64,000 nucleotides of DNA from Octopus vulgaris. Taxonomy: Eukaryota. Of this stretch, positions 13,949 through 27,973 are shown one piece after another; the stretch's first letter is position 1; every line of letters starts with the position of its first letter. The notes beneath the pieces are model-generated. The model was not told the origin of the DNA and ran no database searches. It saw only the letters and a list, made by a program, of their open reading frames with translations. The translations under genes and the position numbers were made by a program. Where the stretch lies: the NCBI GenBank assembly GCA_951406725.2, contig OX597817.1:69626001-69690000 (forward strand), written 5' to 3'.

Positions 13949-13984
13949 ATTTTACGTTTCGAGCTTACGCTCTTCGACAGAAAG
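13949..13984 (-). ncRNA. Minimal hammerhead-like motif, CUGUCGA core variant
   Basis: Minus strand cttt-CTGTCGA-a-gagc-gtaa-gctc-GAAA-cg-TA-aaat, within a short element starting in (TA)n at ~13857. Confidence 0.5.
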
Positions 13985-15259
13985 ATACACAGAAAAAAAC
14001 AAGAAGAGAAACAAGGAGAGAAAAAAATGCGTGTAGGAGCTAATAATCTATCATGGTATCCTGATCATTTAACGTCCATTTTCCATGCTAGCATGGGTTG
14101 GACGGTTGGACTGAGGTTGTTGTCATCACTGTCATCATTATCATCATCATTGTCAACAACATTTAATGTCCATTTTCCATGCTGGCATGGGTTAGACAGC
14201 TTAGCAAGCACTAGCAAGGTCAGGGGCCACTCCAGGTTCCATAGTCTATTTTCGCTTGGTTTCTATGGCTGGACGCCCTTCCTAACACCAACCACTTTAC
14301 TGGGTGCTTTTATGTGGCACCACCAACCCAACAGTGCTTTTTACATAGCACCAGCATCAGTGTTTTTTACATGGCATCTTGGTTTTAGGATCTCAATTCT
14401 GTTGTGGTGGGTGGGTTTTCTTAAGTACAGCAATGTACCATATATTTCAGTCTTCTGTCATCTCTTTTGTAAAGTTCAGCAATTTGAGATTGGTCTTCAA
14501 TACTTCATCCCATGTCTTCCTGGGTCTCCTTCTTCCACACAATTCCCTCCACTTTAAGTGATCAGCACTTCTTAATGCAACTGTCCTCATCCATACTGCA
14601 CACAATTTCTTTTATCTGTCATAGATCTGTTACGCTTACATATTAATTACTATGTTAACCTTTTATATTATTAGTGATTATACCATCTACATCACTTCAT
14701 ATATCTTTATTTTCAGAGCTATTCTTTCTATGGGTTGCATAGTATAATACTTTTGCCATGACATATTGCTTCCCAGGAAGTTAGTAGTGTGACAACATCT
14801 TCAAAAAGCAGCTTACGATGTAAGTTACATCTTCAAGATTAATTCTACAGAATCTGCATCAGTTGTTGCATCTAGTACTTTACCTGCAGCTCTATCCAAT
14901 TTATGCATCACATATTTTGTTGCAATTTCCTTTTCCTGGATTGCAAAATCACTTCATCCAACATGAGAGCTAATATGGCGCTATGCATGGATATATGTAA
15001 AGCTATATACATGTAGAAGTAAGAATCTAGGCAGATAAAAGACAAGCATGTGGATGCATCTGTATGTATATAGAACACCATGTGTATCTATGGTTGACCT
15101 GTTTTATTAAGATTTTTTTGCAAACCACATTCAGCAAGCCAACACCTGCGTGATTTCTTTTATTAGTTTGGATTTGATTCTAGTGAACTGAATCTAATGA
15201 ATGTATGTATGTATGAGCACATGTATATATATATATATATATGTGCATATATGTATGTA

Positions 15260-15306
<47 letters not shown>

Positions 15307-15367
15307 TACATACAATTATATGTATATATATACATATATATATATACATACATATATATATATATAC

Positions 15368-15434
<67 letters not shown>

Positions 15435-15539
15435 AATGTATGTATGTAAATGTATATACATGTGTGCATGTATACATATACATACATACATACATACATA
15501 TATACATACATATATATATATATATATATACATATATAC

Positions 15540-15592
<53 letters not shown>

Positions 15593-15994
15593 ATTTATTC
15601 AGCTAAATTGCAAAGTGCAGTATGAATTAATCAATCCCCAACATCAGTGCATGCACAGTTATACAAATATATATATATACAGACACACATACATATATAT
15701 ATATATAAACACACATTCACACACATACACACACTCACATATGAATTATTTAAACATTTGTTTATAAATCTGTTTTGATCATTTTATTCTCTTTAATCTC
15801 TTCAGGATTAGTTTGGGAATGACTGGAACATATTTACAAAGCTGTAAACAATTACTGAAATAAATTAATGTATTAAAATACTCAATATTTTGAAGTATTG
15901 AGTATTTTATTTACTTTGTGAATGCTCTTTTTCCTTTGAACACCCATATCCTATATGTGTGTGTGGTGTATTTGTGTATGTGCATGCATGCTTG

Positions 15995-16037
<43 letters not shown>

Positions 16038-16136
16038 CAGAATAAGCACATGAATGTGAAACTAGGTGGAAAAAATAGTACTCGAATACCAGAGGTAGAG
16101 TAATATGCTTTATCAAAAAGCAGCAAAAATATCACA

Positions 16137-16182
16137 AAAACTGTTATTCAGAGATTCATGTTCCTGTTCGTCGGATAGTTTT
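16137..16182 (-). ncRNA. Degenerate minimal hammerhead-like motif
   Basis: aaaactat-CCGACGA-acaggaacat-GAAT-ctctgaa-TA-acagtttt: long stem I, core partly mutated. Confidence 0.4.
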
Positions 16183-17756
16183 GTTTAGAATGGAGCAAGA
16201 TAAAGTTATATGCAGAAATACAATTACTTTGATAGATACACATTTGAAAATGGTTTTGTTCCATTGGTCCTTTCAACTAATGGTCTTTTCAATAACCGGT
16301 TGCATGCAATAACAAATTGCAGTTTAAAATCATATTGTTATAAGAATCGATGGAAACCGTAAACCAAAAATAGCTTATGAAGAAGGAAAAAGGCCTGAAT
16401 ACCCAGGGTAAATAATTAGTTGTAAAAATAATAATAAATTAAAAGATATATCCATTTAAAAAACTTTCATGCTAAAATACACATCCATTTAGGAATACAT
16501 ACACATACCAAAAAAATCTATAATATTCATATATACACTAAACATGAAGAAAAAAGATCAGAGAATAACAAGTGGTGGGAGGGAGAAAAAAATGAAAGAA
16601 ACAGAAAATTAGAGAAAGAATGGGAAAAATAGATAGAGGTAGAGAGAGTGAAATGATTGGCATTCTTCTAGTTAGATACTTCTAGTTAGATACTTCATTT
16701 AGCTTGCAAAACACACACATATAAAAATGCACACATAAAATGACATGCATATCTACATGCATACAAATACACACACATATAGACAGACATACAAATATAC
16801 AAATAAATATATACGCAAATATACATACACATATATACATACACATATATACACACATATATACATACACATATATACATACACAAGTATAGGAGTCGCT
16901 GTGTGGTAAGTAGCCTGCTTACGAACTACATGGTTCTGGGTTCAGTCCCACTGTGTGGCATCTTGGGCAAGTGTCTTCTACTATAGCCTCGGTCTGACCA
17001 AAGCCTTGTGAGTGGATTTGGTAGAAGGAAACTGAAAGAAACCCATCCCATAATATATATATATGTGTATGTTTGTCTGTGTTTGTCCCCCCAACATTGC
17101 TTGACAGCTGATGCTGGTGTGTTTACGTCCCTGTAACTTAGCGGTTCATCAAAAGAGTACGATAAGCATTTCGCCTGGCATGCTAAAATTTCTACCAGCT
17201 TGCCGCCATCCCCACAGTTTCTGATCCCCTAATTCACTCATGCGGCAATGGTTGTAGTCTAGGGCTATAGTAGAAAATGCTTGCCCTAGATGCCTTAGAG
17301 TGGGACAGAACCTGAAACCACATGATTATGAAACAAGTTTCTTAACTACATAATGAATTCAGCAAAATGCATTTTGTTTTTGTTAGTCATGACTCCAATA
17401 CAAAATATGTATTTTCACAAGTTTAAGAGGAAAATGTTCTTAGTCTCTTCTACTTTTGCAATGATAGATCTTACCACGTCTAATTACAAAGGAATATGTT
17501 GAACATGACTTTACACAAATATACCTTGTTCAAAGCTACATCATATGACATTAGTTATTTGATATATGTGTGTGTGTGTGTGTGTGCGTTTGTGTGTGTG
17601 TGCATGTATTTATATTCATATATTCATACATATATAGGTTTTATATATATATATATATATTTATGTAGTTCAAGTTTATAGAAAAACAAAGATGAAGACA
17701 GGTGTAGGAACAACAAGCAAGTGTATGAGTGTGACACTTGGGAAAACTGGAAAAGT

Positions 17757-17792
17757 CTTTTATGTTTCAAGCCTATGCTCTTCGACAGAAAG
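17757..17792 (-). ncRNA. Minimal hammerhead-like motif, CUGUCGA core variant
   Basis: cttt-CTGTCGA-a-gagc-atag-gctt-GAAA-ca-TA-aaag. Confidence 0.45.
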
Positions 17793-17849
17793 GAATAAGA
17801 GAAAATAAAAAGGGAGAAACGAAAAAACACTGTGTTGATTTCAGTGGTC

Positions 17850-17887
<38 letters not shown>

Positions 17888-18442
17888 GAACACACTCACA
17901 TTTATATGTATATGAATATTATATTTACGTATTTATATATATATATATATATGTACACACACACTCACATATATATATATATATATATGTACACAAACAT
18001 ATATATATATATGTACACACACACATATACATACATATCCATAAATTTATTATATATCTATGTGTGTGTGTGTGTGTGTGCATGTGTGTTTGTGCATTTG
18101 TGTGTGTGTGTGTGTGCATGTGTGTTTGTGCATTTGTGTGTGTGTGTATCTGTGTTGTACAAGTTAAACAAATGTTGATTGCAAAGTGCAGGATAAAAAC
18201 ATGAAAATACATCACATCTTTAAATGATAAATGATAAACATACATCTCTTTAGTTATAATTCAATTGTAGAAATTCTATTAAAATTATTATTTTCATTTT
18301 TACCTGAAATAAATGTAGTAGATTTAGTTTTCTGTAGCATGACATATAAATCTATTTGGAAATATGTTCTCAATCACTGGTAGGCAACTTCTAACATATT
18401 GGACATATTCATCATCATCATCATCATCATCATCGTCATCAT

Positions 18443-18508
<66 letters not shown>

Positions 18509-18814
18509 CTTTGTTGTTTTAACGAACAAATCAAATCACAGTACTTATTTTTAAGACTAATATATATTCTGTTGGACCCCTTTTGCCAAACCATTAAGTT
18601 ACAGGGATGTAAATAAACAACACCAATTGTCAAGTGGTGGTGGTGGTGGTGATGGGGAACAAACAAAAAGACAAAGGCATACACTGATGTATGCATCATA
18701 TAAGTACTCATCATGCCACAACAGACAGTTGGAGTTTGGACAGCAATCCTGCTAGCCAGCTCCATGTCAAACCATCCAACCCATGCCAGCATGGAAAGTG
18801 GACGTTAAGTGATG

Positions 18815-18867
<53 letters not shown>

Positions 18868-18934
18868 AATAATACTATATTTGTTCCACGTCCTCGCGTT
18901 GTTGTGTTTTCTCTTGGTGTTTTCATGTTTGGAT

Positions 18935-19022
<88 letters not shown>

Positions 19023-19419
19023 ACGGGATTCTATCAGTTTCCGTCTACCAAATCCACTCACAAGGCTTTGGTCAGCCTGAGGCTATAGTAGAAGACACTT
19101 GCCTGAGGTGCCACGCAGTGGGACTGAACCCGGAACCATGTGGTTGGTAAGCAAGCTACTTGCCACACAGCCACTCCAGCACCTATATATATATATATAT
19201 ATACATACATATATATAAATTAATATAATCAGCTATTTATTTATATATCTGAAAATAGACCCTAAACCGTTAAACCATTTCCAATCCGTCGATTTCAACA
19301 TGTGTGTACTATAAAAGTGATGATTTGAAGTGGTTTGACGATTTAGCTTCTATTTTCGGCATAAGCATGGTCTCCTCTATGTCCTTAATTATAATCATAT
19401 TTTATACAATTATAAATCT

Positions 19420-19468
<49 letters not shown>

Positions 19469-19891
19469 TATATATATATCACTGCTCAATTGCATGATTT
19501 GGTATTTAGTCACACTGTACAGCATGGGAAATTGTAGGAAGCCTGTTGTAATTTCTGTGTGTGTGTGTGTATGTGTGTGTGTGTGTGCAGATATTGGTAT
19601 TTCACACTTGTTACCACTTGAACAAAACGGTGATAATGTCGTCATTCCTCGATGACATTACGATCAATCATTCTGCACTTTCAAACACATTTGTAATAAG
19701 AAAAAAAAAGAAAAAAAAACAATTTGCAAATCAGTTAAGGGTTAGCAACAGGAAGAGCAGCTATCCATAAAAATTCTGTCTCAGATATCTACCCTACTCT
19801 GTTTAACATCCATTTTACCATGCTAGCATGTTAAAATCGATATTAAATGAATGGACATACATGCATAAATACATATCTGCACAAAACAATG

Positions 19892-19894
<3 letters not shown>

Positions 19895-19977
<83 letters not shown>

Positions 19978-19978
19978 T
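19895..19978 (+). repeat. (ATT)n microsatellite
   Basis: Direct reading. Confidence 0.95.
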
Positions 19979-20144
19979 TTTCATTAAATGTACATGTTAT
20001 AATAAACATGAATGTTTAATGCTTATTGCAACTACAACGAATTCAAGAAAAAGAAAATTCGATTTTAATCAATTTATTTCCTACATGAACTTTGCAACTG
20101 TCTGTTGCTGACATTTGGCATTTTATGATATTTTTTATATTTTG

Positions 20145-20183
<39 letters not shown>

Positions 20184-20439
20184 CACACATGTGTGTGTAT
20201 GAGGGGGGGTGCTTAGATTTTTTTATGCATTGTTTCTCTTTTTTGCTGTTTCATGAAATATCTCCTTGAACTGTTTAAAACAAAACTCATCATCATCAAC
20301 ATCAGCATCATCATCATCATCATTATCATCATCACCACCACTAATACTACCACGCCACTAGTCGTCGTTATCATCATCATCATCATCATCATCATCATTA
20401 TCAATAATGTGACAGCTTATCTGGGTTTAACTTTATCTT

Positions 20440-21122
20440 GGAAAGAGAGAGTGAGAGAGAGGGGGAGAGGGAGATGCAAAGAGAATGAGGGGATGGAGAG
20501 GGAAAAGGTGACAGAGAAAGGGGTGGAAAGTGAGAGGGAGGGTGAGAAAGGAGTAGAAAGAGAGAAAGGGGATGGAATGAGAGGGTGAAAGAGGGATAGA
20601 GAGAGATGAGAGGGATGGAGAGAGAAAGGGTGAGAGAAAGAGAGGGATGGAAAGTGAGAGTAAGGGAAAGTAAGGAAGAGGGTGAGAGAGGAGAGAGAAA
20701 GGAGATGGAGTGAAATGGTGAAAGAGGGATGGAGAGAGAGAATGAGAGGGAGAGGAGAGAGAATGAGAGTGAAAGAGAAGGAATGAGAGGGAGAGGGATG
20801 GAAAGTGAGAGTAAGAGAGAGGGTACGAGAGGAGAGAGAGAATGAGAGGATGGAGGGAGAAAGGGTGAGAGTAAGAGAGAGGGTGTGCAAGAAAAGAGGT
20901 GAGAAAAGGGGGATGGAGTGAGTGGGGGAAAGAGAGATGGGAAGAGAGAGAATGAGAGGGCTGGAGATGGAGAGAGAGAATGGGAGAGTTGGAGATAAAG
21001 AGAGAGAGAGAATGAGAGGGTTGGAAATGGAGGGAGAGAGAGAATGAGAGTGTTGGAGATGGAGAGAAAGAGAGAGAATGAGATAGAGAATGAGTGGGTT
21101 GGAGAAAGAGAGAATGAGAGCA
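20440..21122 (+). repeat. GA-rich polypurine low-complexity tract
   Basis: Degenerate gagagaatgagaggg-like units; source of the S/L/P-rich pseudo-ORFs. Confidence 0.9.
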
Positions 21123-21604
21123 AGAGACCTGGGTCTCCAAACTTCTATATCCGTGTATATCTACGTGTACTCATGCATAGGTACAGCATATCTTGAATAT
21201 CTGTACATATATATTCACACACCGATATAAAAGATAAGGTAACGTTTCAAAGAAGCTGTCCATTCACCCTGTCACTGATTTCGAAAAAGATACTCACGTC
21301 TGCATGGTAGCTAACATCTGTAACAATATACAGGCATATCTCAACATACATCGGTAATTGGTATTGAGACACGACTTAACTAGCAAAATGACGTAACATG
21401 AAATAAATCATTTTTATGAATTTATGGTAGGTGCAGGTGTGGCTCTGTGGTAAGAAGCTTGCTTCCTAACCACATGCTTCCAGGTTCAGTCCCACTGCTT
21501 GGCATTTTGGGCAAGTGTTTTCTACTATAGCCTTGGGCCAACCAAGACCTTGTGAGGGGATTTTGTAGACGGAAACTAAAAGAAGCCCATTGGGGTTAAT
21601 TAAT

Positions 21605-21635
<31 letters not shown>

Positions 21636-21852
21636 ACTAATGTAGGATAAAATTTTTTTCAGGAAAAAAATTTTATCAATGGCCAGCATATCAAAAAATA
21701 CCTTTAAAGGTTAAATTTATAAATAATTTACAAGATAAGGGCAAAAGAAAAATTCTAATGCCAAATATACCGAAAAAAAGACAAAACTTTTCAATAACCA
21801 TTATAATTTATGCGTCTCGAAACAAACCAATAGAAATCTCTAAAAATTCGTT

Positions 21853-21915
21853 ATTACCGTATTGGTCCAATTTCGGGGTTAATTAATAATAAATTTTCCC
21901 CTCTTCAGTGGCAAA
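21853..21915 (-). ncRNA. Type-I hammerhead ribozyme (mirror copy)
   Basis: gcca-CTGAAGA-gggg...cccc-GAAA-ttggaccaa-TA-cggt; one mismatch at the base of stem I. Confidence 0.65.
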
Positions 21916-22002
21916 TACGCGAGATCTAAGTGAAATGTCTGCTCAGGACTTAGTGCTTGCTTTTTTCGTGGGTATGAGTAAGTATTTCACTTATATCTCA
22001 CG

Positions 22003-22068
22003 TATTTGCCGCTGAAGAGGGGAAGATTTATTATCAATTAACCCCGAAATTGGACCAATATGGTAATA
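22003..22068 (+). ncRNA. Type-I hammerhead ribozyme (intact core)
   Basis: tatttgccg-CTGAAGA-gggg-(19 nt)-cccc-GAAA-ttggaccaa-TA-tggtaata: stems I, II and III all pair; AUA triplet, predicted cut after 22060. Confidence 0.75.
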
Positions 22069-22196
22069 ACGAATTTTTTAGAGATTTCTATCGGTTTGTT
22101 TCGAGATGCATAAATTATAATGGTTATTGAAAAGTTTTGTCTTTTTTTTGGCATATTTGACAAAAGAATTTTTCTTTTGCCCTTATCTTGTAAATC

Positions 22197-22229
<33 letters not shown>

Positions 22230-22368
22230 TATAAGTAGTTGAATGAATTATCTTAGTATGGATAATTCGGTTAACCGATACCTGGGTAGCAAATTCACGT
22301 CAGAAAAACACAGTTGAAGCTACATGCCAAGGGCAGAGATCACATGCTTTCGTGTGGAAATTTGTGTG

Positions 22369-22866
22369 TTTTTTAATACAAATAAATGAAAGAATGGAGT
22401 TGAACGACGATTTAACAAAATTACTTTATTCTCGACATATGTTTTGAAGGCTGCATATTCCTAATTTCAAAGGAATAAGGGGTGCATTATGCCGCCTTCT
22501 CATCAGGAAAAACAAGGAACTTATGTCAGCATCAAGATGAACAAAAACTTTTAGATGACTGCCCACACGTAGCCCGACTGCCCACATGGAGCCCGACTGC
22601 CCACACGGAGCCCGACTGCCCACACGGAGCCCGACTGCCCACACGGAGCCCATAGCTATGGGCTCCGTGTGGGCAGTCATCTAAAAGTTTTTTATTCATC
22701 TTGATGCTGACATAAGTTCCTTGTTTTTCCTGATGAGAAGGCAGAAAAATGCACCCCTTATTCCTTCGAAATTAGGAATATGCAGCCTTCGAACATATGT
22801 CGAAAATAAAGGAATTTTGTTAAATCGTCGTTCAACTCCATTCTTTCATTTATTTGTATTAAAAAA
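22369..22866. mobile_element. Loop-less palindromic element, probable inverted Penelope-like pLTR pair, with five tandem 19-mers in the left arm
   Basis: Centre cccatag|ctatggg at 22655/22656; gactgcccacacggagccc x5 (22557-22651) vs one inverted copy; decayed hammerhead in each arm (ttttc-CTGATGA-gaaggc..gccttc-GAA(A)-catatg-TC-gaaaa). Confidence 0.75.
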
Positions 22867-22868
22867 AT

Positions 22869-22907
<39 letters not shown>

Positions 22908-23356
22908 TATACATATAAATATTCTTACTTGTTTCAGTCATTTGAATGCAGCCATGTTGCAGCACCACCTTTAGCTGAATAAATTGACCCCAGGACATAT
23001 TTTTTGTAAGCTTAGTACTTATTCTATCAATCACTAGCAGTTGTCAAGCAAGAGTGGAGGAGACAAACACAGACACACTAACACTCCACACATATACATA
23101 TATATATACATGCTTACATATATATAATTATATACGACAGGGTTCTTTCAGTTTCCATCTACCAAATCCCCTGACAAGGTTTTGGTTAGCCCGAGACAAT
23201 AGTGCAACACAGTGGGACTGAACCTCGAACCATGTGGTTAGGAAGCAAGTTTCTTACCACACAACCATGCATGCACCTACAATAAATTCATAAAGATGAT
23301 TTTTTTAATGTTGCGTCATGTAGTCACTCATGCGCCTATATATATATATATATATA

Positions 23357-23924
23357 CACTTGCGTCGGAAATTAATTAGCACTTCTCAAATTTCTACATT
23401 TTCTTACATTTTCTTAATTTAATTAACTTATTATCAGAAACGAACTCGTTTTTAATCAAAAAATTATTAAAACATATCCCAGCACACCACATAATTGTTA
23501 TTAATCGTGAAATTTAGTCAATATCTTGTTGCTCCTCCTTTGGCAGCAATGACAGCTGCTACGCGGGTCGGCATGCTGTCTATGAGTGCCTGCAGGTACT
23601 GTGCAGGGATGGCCCCTCATGCAGCAAGAAGTGCCCCAAACAGCTCGTGTCAGTTCCTGTATTGCTGCACATTCAAATCCCTTACCCAATCGACTCCAGA
23701 GGTTCTCAATAGGGTTCAGGTCAGGTGACTGGCCAGCACGTACTCCTCGCCACCAAAGAGGTATCCTGTACTATCTCAACGTACTTTGCTGCGTTGATGT
23801 TGCCTTCGACGGCATAGAGCCGCCCAACACCACTGTAGCTGAACGCCCCTCACTCTATCAGACCACCCCCACCATGCTTCATGGTGAGCAAATCAAGGGT
23901 GCTAATTAATTTCTGACGGTAGTG
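23357..23924 (-). mobile_element. Internally deleted Tc1-like DNA transposon
   Basis: TA-flanked TIRs cacttgcgtcggaaattaattagcac / gtgctaattaatttctgacggtagtg; minus strand encodes QSPDLNPIENLW and LIDSMPTRVAAVIAAKGGATRY*. Confidence 0.9.
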
Positions 23925-23928
23925 TATA

Positions 23929-23960
<32 letters not shown>

Positions 23961-24063
23961 CATATATATATATAGTTCAAATTTACAGAATGTAAAAAAT
24001 GAAGACAGGTGAGGGAACAACAAGCAGGTGTATTAGTTTGCTGCTCGGGAAGAATAGAAAAGT

Positions 24064-24099
24064 CTTTGACATTTCAAGCCTATGCTCTTTGACAGAAAG
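24064..24099 (-). ncRNA. Degenerate hammerhead-like motif, same subfamily as 13949 and 17757
   Basis: cttt-CTGTCAA-a-gagc-atag-gctt-GAAA-tg-TC-aaag (CpG-type decay). Confidence 0.4.
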
Positions 24100-24418
24100 G
24101 ATTGAGAAGGGGTAAAAATGGAGAGAGAATGAAAAAAGAAAAACAAAACAGAAAAAATTGTGTAAAAATTCCATTTTTATACCTGATATTTAGGTATTTT
24201 TTGTGAGTGTGTGTGGGGGGTTAATTTTTATAATTCATAATATATTTGCTGATATATATTTATCTATATGTATCCATATTCAATCCTACCAAATTCAATC
24301 ACAAAACTTCAGTCAGCCCGGGGCTATAGCAGAAGACTCTTGCCCAAAGTGCCACGCGGTTGGACTGAACCTGAAACCATGTAGCTAGGAAGAAAGCTCC
24401 CTAACCACACAGCCATGC

Positions 24419-24472
<54 letters not shown>

Positions 24473-24474
<2 letters not shown>

Positions 24475-24885
24475 GTGCAGGAGTGGCTGTGTGGTGAGTA
24501 GCTGGCTTACCAATCACATGGTTATGGGTTCATTCCCACTGCGTTGCACCTTGGGCAAGTATCTTCTACTATAGCCTCGGGCTGATCAAAGCTTTGTGAG
24601 TGGGTTTGGTAGACGGAAACTGAAAGAAACCCATTGTATATATGTATACATATATATATGTATGCGTGTGTATATGTTTGTGTGTTTGTGTTTGCCTCCC
24701 CCCATATCGCTTGACAACCGATGCTGGTGTGTTTACGTCCCAATAACTTAGCGGTTCGGCAAAAGAGACTGATAGAATAAGTACTAGGTTTACAAAGAAT
24801 AAGTCCTGGGGTCGATTTGCTCGACTAAAGGCAGTGATGCAGCATGGCCACAGTCAAATGACTGAAACAAGTAAAAGAATAAGAA
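24473..24885 (+). mobile_element. tRNA-derived SINE, family A (full length)
   Basis: Same head, body and tail as 9620-10066. Confidence 0.88.
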
Positions 24886-25334
24886 TATAAAAGTATAAAT
24901 GAATAAAAGAAGATATATATATGCCTGGTGTCTTTCAGTTTCTGCCTACCAGATCTATTCACAAGGTTTTGGTTGACCCAAGACTATAGTAGAAGACACT
25001 CGCCTAAGGTTCCATGCAGTGGGACCGAACCTAGAACCATGTGGTTGGGAAGTCCCAAATAACGATATCAAGTTTCATCAGTAAAGGAGACTTTATTTAC
25101 TCCCATATCTTTTTTTCCTTTCTTTTTCATTTCCTTACATTCTGTATCTGGTACTACAGTAAGCAATGTACCCTTCCAATTCTTAAAACAATAACATGTG
25201 GCTTATGGTGGTGGTCGTGGTGGCTTTTGGGGTATTTTGCACCTGTTTCTATAGCATCTTGTTTAGAAGGCCACTTAGAAGCTCCTTTTGTGGTTCATTA
25301 AGGGAGAGTGTCTGGTTAATGTATTGCACATATT

Positions 25335-26169
25335 AACGATGATGATGATAATGATGATGATGATGGGGGTAGCAAATGTGATGTTGTGTAGCCCTAAGTT
25401 AACTCAGATTAAAAGCATTCCAGCCAGGATGATGACGACGATGATGATGATGAAGAGGAGGAGGAGGAGGAGAAGCAGGATGGTGGCGATGATGTCAACA
25501 ATAATGTCAATTACAATGATGACAGTGATAATGATGATAATGGTGATGGTGGTGTTGGTAGTGATGGTGACGGTGATGGTGGCAAGCATGACGTTATTGT
25601 GTAGCCCAGGGCCTATTGATTAAAGGCATTCCAGCCAGGTCGATGCCGATGATGATGATGATGATGATAATGAAGAAGTGGAGAAGGACAATGATGATGC
25701 TAAACAACGATGACAATTGCAATGACAATGACAACGACAACAACAACAGTAATGACGATGCTGACGACAATGATTATGCTTATGATGATGATGATGACGG
25801 TGCTGAAGTTGATAATTATGGTGATGATGATGACGATGATGATGATGAACTTGATATAATGATGATGATGATGATGACAACAAGAATGGTAATAATGACA
25901 TTCAATGTAACAACTCAGGTGTGCACACAAATACATGCACTCACACAAAGACACACACCCATGCACGTGTATACACATGCACACACACACACACACAGCA
26001 ATGGACTCATACATAAATACACATACACATACACACTATATGGTAACTCTATATTCCTTTCTTCAGATGTGTTTTTTTTTAATATTTACGTATTTATTTA
26101 TTTCGTTCCATTAAATATTGGAAAGTCTGAACGATGCAGTCAACCTCATAGATCACTCAGATACACATT

Positions 26170-26205
<36 letters not shown>

Positions 26206-27560
26206 TGCATGTATAAACTTATATTGTACATATGCATACACATTAACATATGCACACACACAGAAACAGCACATAAACTGCCACCACACACGTGCACACA
26301 CTCATGCATGCATGTGCACATACAAACACACACACACGCACACACACACACACACACGCACGCACACACACACACACATTCACTCACAAGCATGCACACT
26401 GCTGGGATGCTGATGGTGTCTGATATTACAAGAGAAATCTTCTTTAGGCAAACCACTTGACATTTCAGGATTTCTTCTCCTTCATCGAACCACCCACAAG
26501 CACCAGCATCAGTATCAGGAACTGTAGCAGCAGCAACAGAAGCAGCAACAGCAGCAGTAGTAGCACAACTGCCCCTTCCCTGGAGCAGCAGTACCACCAC
26601 CACCACCACCACCACCACCACCAATCATCATCATCATCATCATTTTCATCATCAACATTATCATCATCATTGCTGCTGTCATCCTCCTCCTCCTCATCAT
26701 CATCCACATCATCACATCATCCTCATTCTCCTCCTCATCACCACCATCACCACCACCAATCCTCCTTCTCCTCCTCCTCCTCCTCATCATCATCATCACC
26801 ATCACCATCACCATCATTTTCATTGTCATTGTTGCTGACATTGTCATTATCACCATCACCCAAAGCTATCATCTTCCATCATATTGTGTTTGTTATCATT
26901 GCCAACATCATCACCACAACCACCACCACCATCACCACAACCACCACCACCACCACCACCAATACCATTGTCATGAATCATGGTCATCAATGTTGTCCTC
27001 ATCATCAGCAGTATTGTGAAGCAATATTATCATCATCCATCCATCATCATCATCAGTGTCACCACCACCAATACCACAATGCTGGCGATGACTACCACCA
27101 CTAACACCACTACCCCCCCCCCCCCCATTGCCTCTACCACCATTGTCACCACCAACACCAACACCACTACCAATACCACCCTCACCAACACAACCAATAT
27201 CACCCACTAACCTCACCACCACCATCATCACTACCAATACCACAATGATGGCAACAACCACCACTACCCCCATTAACACCATTGCCGCCACCACCACTCT
27301 CACCACCAACACCAACACCACTACCACGACAACCACCACCAACACCACAACCAGCAGCAGCAGCACCCCACCACCACAACCAGCACTACCACAACCACCA
27401 CCACCACCACAACCACAACCACAACCAGCATCACCACTACCACCACCATTGCTGCCACCACCATCACTGCCATCACCATCACTGCTACTCCAATCACTGC
27501 CACCACCACAGTCACCATCATCACCACCAACAACAACACAACACGATTACTATCACATCA
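25335..27560. repeat. Low-complexity block of (GAT)n, (CA)n, (CAT)n and (CAC)n repeats
   Basis: Direct reading; generates poly-M/D/H/S/T/P pseudo-ORFs in all frames. Confidence 0.9.
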
Positions 27561-27973
27561 AACACTATGCTTTTGCACCGTCATTGCCGATCTACACCAG
27601 TAAATCCACATAATTAAGCATCCCATTTGCAAGCCTTTTCTCATCAGAGTGAGGAAATAATCTAGCCCCAAGCAATTACTGGTTGTCTTACAAAGATCAA
27701 TAATGTGAGATCAATAATGGAGAAGTACTACCATAGTTAGGACAGTATTGCTGCTGCTCACACAATCACCCTAAAGGAAGGACACCTTCAGGTCATGAAT
27801 GATCATGGGGTGCACCTAAACTGTTCTTTTCCAAGGCACAAGGGTGGGCAAGGTTGTTTATGAAAGCCCAGCAGTTGCCCAAGCATGCCAGCCTCTCATC
27901 TCCATGCTACTAATGTTATCCAAGAAAGGCAGAAGTTGATCTGAATTTCAGCAGAGCATATTCAGGAAAATTT

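Larger units (their letters stand above)
21640..22195. mobile_element. Fold-back element (inverted ~210-bp arms, ~47-bp spacer), probable head-to-head Penelope-like pLTR pair in (TA)n
   Basis: 21726-21936 is the reverse complement of 21984-22195; each arm carries a hammerhead motif; related fragment at 2690-2870. Confidence 0.75.

Noticed and set aside
22557-22651. CRISPR-like short repeat array
   Set aside because: Units are contiguous with no spacers, there are no cas genes, and the context is eukaryotic.
25616-27617. Long His/Ser/Thr/Pro-rich ORFs resembling mucin or extensin
   Set aside because: Pure trinucleotide low complexity, with no domain or convincing splice structure.
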